NCBI GenBank assembly: GCA_964602845.1
Contig: CAZRSW010000002.1
Coordinates: 3,373-67,372, forward strand
Source: an uncultured Dehalococcoidia bacterium
GTDB lineage: Bacteria; Chloroflexota; Dehalococcoidia; Lucifugimonadales; UBA826
Reading direction: 5' to 3'
DNA: 64,000 nt
Below are positions 60,169 to 64,000 of this stretch, one piece after another; positions within the stretch are counted from its first letter, which is position 1; the number at the start of each line of letters is the position of its first letter. The position numbers and the translations under genes are program-made. Below the pieces are notes generated by a model that had not been told where the DNA came from, ran no database searches, and saw nothing but the letters and a program-made list of their open reading frames with translations.

Positions 60169-60253
60169 TATTTCAAATATTACTATGATACCCTTCACCT
60201 TAACTGTTAATAGCTGAACCCAAGCTCCAAATCCCCAGATAGGAATCTCTCAT

Positions 60254-61291
60254 ATGAAAAACGACAAGCTAAAAGACCTCGATCTCGCAATAGATCAGAT
60301 AGACAAACATTTTGGGAAAGGAACCGTCATAAAGCTGGGGGATGTACCCGACGTCAAAGTTGATGCAATATCGACCGGTTCGCCATCACTTGATTTAGCC
60401 TTAGGAGTGGGAGGGGTGCCGAAAGGAAGGGTAACGGAGATATATGGCCCAGAATCGTCCGGCAAATCCACTCTGACCTACCACATCATGTCCTCAGCCC
60501 AACAACCCGGCGGCATCGCCGCGTATATCGATGCCGAACATGCCCTCGACCCTACATACGCCAGTCGGTGCGGCGTAGATATTGAAAATCTTCTCGTATC
60601 TCAACCTGATACTGCAGAGCAAGCTTTAGAAATTTGTGAATACCTCGTCCGTAGTAGCGCGGTGGACGTAGTGGTCATCGACAGCGTAGCGGCCATGGTC
60701 CCAAAGGCTGAACTTGAGGGAGACATGGGAGATTCCCACGTCGGCCTACAAGCTAGACTAATGTCACAAGCCCTCAGAAAACTAACTTCTTCAATAAGTC
60801 GATCCAATACATCTGTGATATTCATCAACCAGATCAGAGAAAAAGTAGGCGTTTTCTGGGGTAGCCCAGAAACTACCCCTGGAGGGAGAGCCTTAAAATT
60901 TTACAGTTCGGTTCGAATTGATCTACGCAGAATCGAGTCCGTCAAGCAAGGATCTGACATCATCGGTAATCGTGTGCGCGCAAGAGTAGTAAAGAATAAG
61001 GTGTCAGCGCCTTTTAAAACAGCTGAGTTTGACATTATGTTTAATGAGGGTATAAGTAAGGAAGGTGACCTATTACAATTAGGTGTTGAACACTCCATTA
61101 TAAAGAAAAATGGAGCCTTCTATTCATTTGGCACAGTTCAGATTGGTAGAGGCCGTGAAAACTCAAAAATCTTCCTCAAAGAAAATCCTGTCCTAGCCGC
61201 GGAAATAGAAGATATCCTTAGAAAGGCCATATCTCCAGAGCCATCTGATGATGTAGTAGTACCTGACAGTAACGCTCCATTAATTAGCTGA
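60254..61291 (+). CDS. recA: Recombinase RecA
   Basis: Walker [26 protein letters not shown] and L2 loop region QIREKVGV. Confidence 0.98.
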   Translation: MKNDKLKDLDLAIDQIDKHFGKGTVIKLGDVPDVKVDAISTGSPSLDLALGVGGVPKGRVTEIYGPESSGKSTLTYHIMSSAQQPGGIAAYIDAEHALDPTYASRCGVDIENLLVSQPDTAEQALEICEYLVRSSAVDVVVIDSVAAMVPKAELEGDMGDSHVGLQARLMSQALRKLTSSISRSNTSVIFINQIREKVGVFWGSPETTPGGRALKFYSSVRIDLRRIESVKQGSDIIGNRVRARVVKNKVSAPFKTAEFDIMFNEGISKEGDLLQLGVEHSIIKKNGAFYSFGTVQIGRGRENSKIFLKENPVLAAEIEDILRKAISPEPSDDVVVPDSNAPLIS

Positions 61292-61316
61292 TACTCCATA
61301 ATCACGTTGGACATAT

Positions 61317-61838
61317 ATGCCCTTAAATCACATACCCATTGAAAAACAACTGCTAGATAGAGCAATCGGTGCAGCTCTCAGGTATTTATCTCATCGGCCA
61401 AGAAGCGCTGCAGAACTAAAGATATGGCTCACCAAGAGATTTGATCCTGCTGTCACACATTCGGTATTAGAAAAAATGCACTGTGACGGCTTGGTTGATG
61501 ATCTGAAATTTTCCGAATTTTGGGTTGACAATCGATCTGCACACAGACCAAGAAGTACTCGTCTAATCCATCAGGAACTACGCATGAAAGGTATTTCTCG
61601 AGACATCGCCGATAGAGCGATCGACCATCTAGATAACGAAGAACTAGCTCTTAAGGTCGCGTTAGATCGATCTAAGAAAATCTCACATCTGCCCAAATCT
61701 CCCTTCTTAAAAAAGATGGTAGCTCACCTGCAAAGACGAGGGTTCCATTTTACAGAGTCTCGAAAAGCCGCTCATCATGCCTGGAATAAAAATGAGGTCG
61801 CCCACTGTACAGAAATAGGGACATCGATTAGCATTTAA
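61317..61838 (+). CDS. recX: Regulatory protein RecX
   Basis: ALRYLSHRPRSAAELKIWL and repeated three-helix modules. It lies directly downstream of recA. Confidence 0.85.
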   Translation: MPLNHIPIEKQLLDRAIGAALRYLSHRPRSAAELKIWLTKRFDPAVTHSVLEKMHCDGLVDDLKFSEFWVDNRSAHRPRSTRLIHQELRMKGISRDIADRAIDHLDNEELALKVALDRSKKISHLPKSPFLKKMVAHLQRRGFHFTESRKAAHHAWNKNEVAHCTEIGTSISI

Positions 61839-61945
61839 AAGCACGTCATTTCAATCTATAATCATCAAAGACTCTTTTTTTGAAATGACAAATCGAAACT
61901 ATGGTTGGTTCATAGAGGTTTATAGCTAAGGGAGGATGGTGCTTC

Positions 61946-63250
61946 TTGACTGGCGACACTTCGGTCAGTCTAATTCTAATATTTTTGTTTCTGACGCTTT
62001 CGGCATTTTTCTCCAGTTCGGAAGCCGCGTTTCTTTCACTGCAAAAAACTCGACTCTCGTTCTTGGTCAATAGCGGCGTTCCTGGAGCGAAGAGAGTTGC
62101 CGATATGGCTAGCAACACCGAGTTGTTATTATCAACAATTCTCCTTGGAACCAATGTGGTTAATGTTGCCTTCACAGCAGTGATTACGGCCTTAGCTGTA
62201 GCCTCACTTGGGGAAGGTCCTTTAGCCGTAGCTGCGGCTACAATTACAGGAACAATCTTACTACTAATTTTCGGAGAAATAATCCCGAAAAGTTTGGCAG
62301 TTCGACGATCCGAAAAAGTGGCATTTGCATACGCTCGACCTCTCAAAGCCGTCGAGTTATCTTTTTACCCCATCATCATTGTTCTCCAATGGCTATCAAA
62401 CGTTACACAATCGATTTTCACCAGTCAGGAAGAAGTAGAAGATACTGTAACAGAGATTGAAATCCGATCCTTGATTGATATAGGGGAAGCAGAGGGAACT
62501 GTTGAACCATCCGAGGCCGAGATGCTCGAAAACGTTTTCAGATTCGGAGATCGTCAAGTACGTGAAGTTATGACCCCTCGCACAGAGATTGTCTCAATCA
62601 AGCGAGGTTCCTCTTTGAGAGATTTCTTAAAAGTCTATTCGGAACATGCCCATACACGATTTCCTGTTTTCGAAGAAACCAGCGATGACATAATAAATAT
62701 CATATCGGCAAAAGATGTACTGAAAGCACTTTCGAGCGACAGTATCAGTGCGAATGACTCCGTCACGGACATTACTCGCGACGCATATTTTGTGCCAGAG
62801 ACAAAACAAACTGCGGAATTATTCGATGAACTTAGACGAACAGGGAATCAGATGGCAATCTGCTTAGACGAGTATGGCGGACTAGCGGGCCTTGTGACAA
62901 CCAAGAGACTGACTGAAGCGGTGGTTGGACCGGTAGGCGAGGAAGGAGAATCTCCAGAGGACGGATACGAAAGCATTTATCCTAACGTTTTTCACATCGA
63001 CGGCAGCATGGACATAGAAGAAGCCAACGAGGAAATGCATCTCGATCTGCCAATCGGAGACTATGAGACAATCGCGGGCTTTGTGCTAACACAATTGGGG
63101 GAAATACCATCCGAAGGGGACGAATTCACCTACGAGAATCTATACTTCAGGATATTAGAGATGGACCATCTCAAAATCATCTCCATAATGATTTCAATAA
63201 GAGATGTCGAGACAGATTACTCTCTGAACGAAACTACTGATAACGGATAA
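61946..63250 (+). CDS. Hemolysin/CNNM family protein (DUF21 + CBS pair + CorC_HlyC)
   Basis: An N-terminal 4-TM DUF21 domain (SSSEAAF, GEIIPK), a CBS pair around VREVMTPR, and a C-terminal transporter-associated domain. Confidence 0.85.
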   Translation: MTGDTSVSLILIFLFLTLSAFFSSSEAAFLSLQKTRLSFLVNSGVPGAKRVADMASNTELLLSTILLGTNVVNVAFTAVITALAVASLGEGPLAVAAATITGTILLLIFGEIIPKSLAVRRSEKVAFAYARPLKAVELSFYPIIIVLQWLSNVTQSIFTSQEEVEDTVTEIEIRSLIDIGEAEGTVEPSEAEMLENVFRFGDRQVREVMTPRTEIVSIKRGSSLRDFLKVYSEHAHTRFPVFEETSDDIINIISAKDVLKALSSDSISANDSVTDITRDAYFVPETKQTAELFDELRRTGNQMAICLDEYGGLAGLVTTKRLTEAVVGPVGEEGESPEDGYESIYPNVFHIDGSMDIEEANEEMHLDLPIGDYETIAGFVLTQLGEIPSEGDEFTYENLYFRILEMDHLKIISIMISIRDVETDYSLNETTDNG

Positions 63251-63313
63251 CCTTAAGCAAGTCAAAAGAGGAGCCAGAATTGACGCCAGTTGAGAACCAC
63301 GAAAGATAATATA

Positions 63314-64000
63314 GTGGTCGTATCCGTAATCAAGAAATTCCAAGATAAAGTTACTGACGCAGTTATAGCCTCTGATCTTCGAGATTCAAAACTGGTGGTA
63401 GCAGTGTCTGGGGGGCCTGACTCGATGGCTATGCTACACGCATTACAGATGACTCGTTCTGAAACCGGCTTGAATTTAATTGGCGCCCATCTTAATCATC
63501 GGCTGAGAGGACAAGAGGCCCATGCCGATGCCAATTACGTGAAATCCGTCTTGCAGAGTCTGAGCATCCCCTGTCACACCGGTGATATCGATGTCAAACA
63601 TCACGCGAACAAGAACAAATGGTCAATAGAAGAGGCAGCCAGAAATTTAAGGTACCAATTTCTATTGGAGATAGTCAAACAAACCGGATCGTCAGCCGCC
63701 GCTTTAGGGCACAATGCCGATGACCAGGCCGAAACAATCTTAATGCACATTATTAGAGGAGCCGGACTACGAGGACTGAGGGGAATGTCTCTGCACTCAA
63801 ATCGCAATATAAATGGCAGCACCATTAACATTTTCAGGCCATTGCTAAGTATCTCAAGAACAACCATTGAATCCTACTGCTCAGAAGCTAATCTACAAAC
63901 TAGACAAGATTCCACGAATTATTCCTCCCAATATTTTCGCAATTCCCTTAGGTTACAATTAACACCTGAAATCAAGAGATTTAATCCTAAAGCGACACAA
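63314..64000 (+). CDS. tilS: tRNA(Ile)-lysidine synthetase, N-terminal part (runs off the window)
   Basis: Not in the ORF track (no stop). My translation from GTG 63314 reads MVVSVIKKFQDKVTDAVIASDLRDSKLVVAVSGGPDSMAMLHAL...IGAHLNHRLRG. It has the PP-loop SGGPDS and the AHLNH motif. TTG 63290 is an alternative start. Confidence 0.85.
   Translation, partial: MVVSVIKKFQDKVTDAVIASDLRDSKLVVAVSGGPDSMAMLHALQMTRSETGLNLIGAHLNHRLRGQEAHADANYVKSVLQSLSIPCHTGDIDVKHHANKNKWSIEEAARNLRYQFLLEIVKQTGSSAAALGHNADDQAETILMHIIRGAGLRGLRGMSLHSNRNINGSTINIFRPLLSISRTTIESYCSEANLQTRQDSTNYSSQYFRNSLRLQLTPEIKRFNPKATQ

Overview
This is a gene-dense, AT-leaning chromosomal segment with about 60 protein genes and 3 tRNAs. Spacers are short, many genes have 1-4 nt start/stop overlaps, and GTG/TTG starts are frequent.

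Housekeeping genes:
- gyrB, ligA, recF, recA-recX, sucCD
- an lpdA-pdhA-pdhB-E2 2-oxoacid dehydrogenase operon
- panB-panC, rpsU, trmL, surE, nudC
- tilS, truncated at the 3' edge
- tRNA-Gly(GCC), tRNA-Phe(GAA), tRNA-Ser(UGA)

Catabolic, redox and transport genes are interleaved with these:
- a sulfatase truncated at the 5' edge and absent from the ORF track
- five SDRs, two of them tandem paralogues
- an enolase-superfamily enzyme and two MFS transporters
- a MacB-type ABC pair with an 1146-aa double-FtsX permease
- a class III aminotransferase, an MlrC/M81 peptidase and a PhtD-like protein
- a cyclase-family protein, a DUF885 protein and a DapA-family lyase
- a cupin, a PIG-L deacetylase, CoxS/CoxM-like subunits and a GGT

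The F420 genes cofD-cofC sit next to an LLM oxidoreductase. Together with the actinobacterial-type DUF3090/SCO1664 pair, this makes a Chloroflexota (SAR202-like marine) origin my best guess. That is inference only.

I see no rRNA, CRISPR array, transposase, integrase, phage genes, obvious toxin-antitoxin pair or recognised defence system. I cannot point to a clear-cut new multi-gene system.

The best leads are:
1. The uncharacterised DUF3090 + PI3/4-kinase-like SCO1664 pair.
2. A DUF35 + thiolase-like pair whose thiolase has no nucleophile cysteine (Ltp2-type aldolase?).
3. A pantothenate operon with a PanG-type reductase and an S58 beta-aminopeptidase-like gene instead of panD.
4. recF apparently initiating at ATT.
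5. An unannotated 48-codon Cys-rich ORF translationally coupled to a JAMM/MPN+ protease.
6. A DUF1537 kinase + class II aldolase module.

Several longest-ORF starts in the supplied track look over-extended. SD-supported starts are given in the features.
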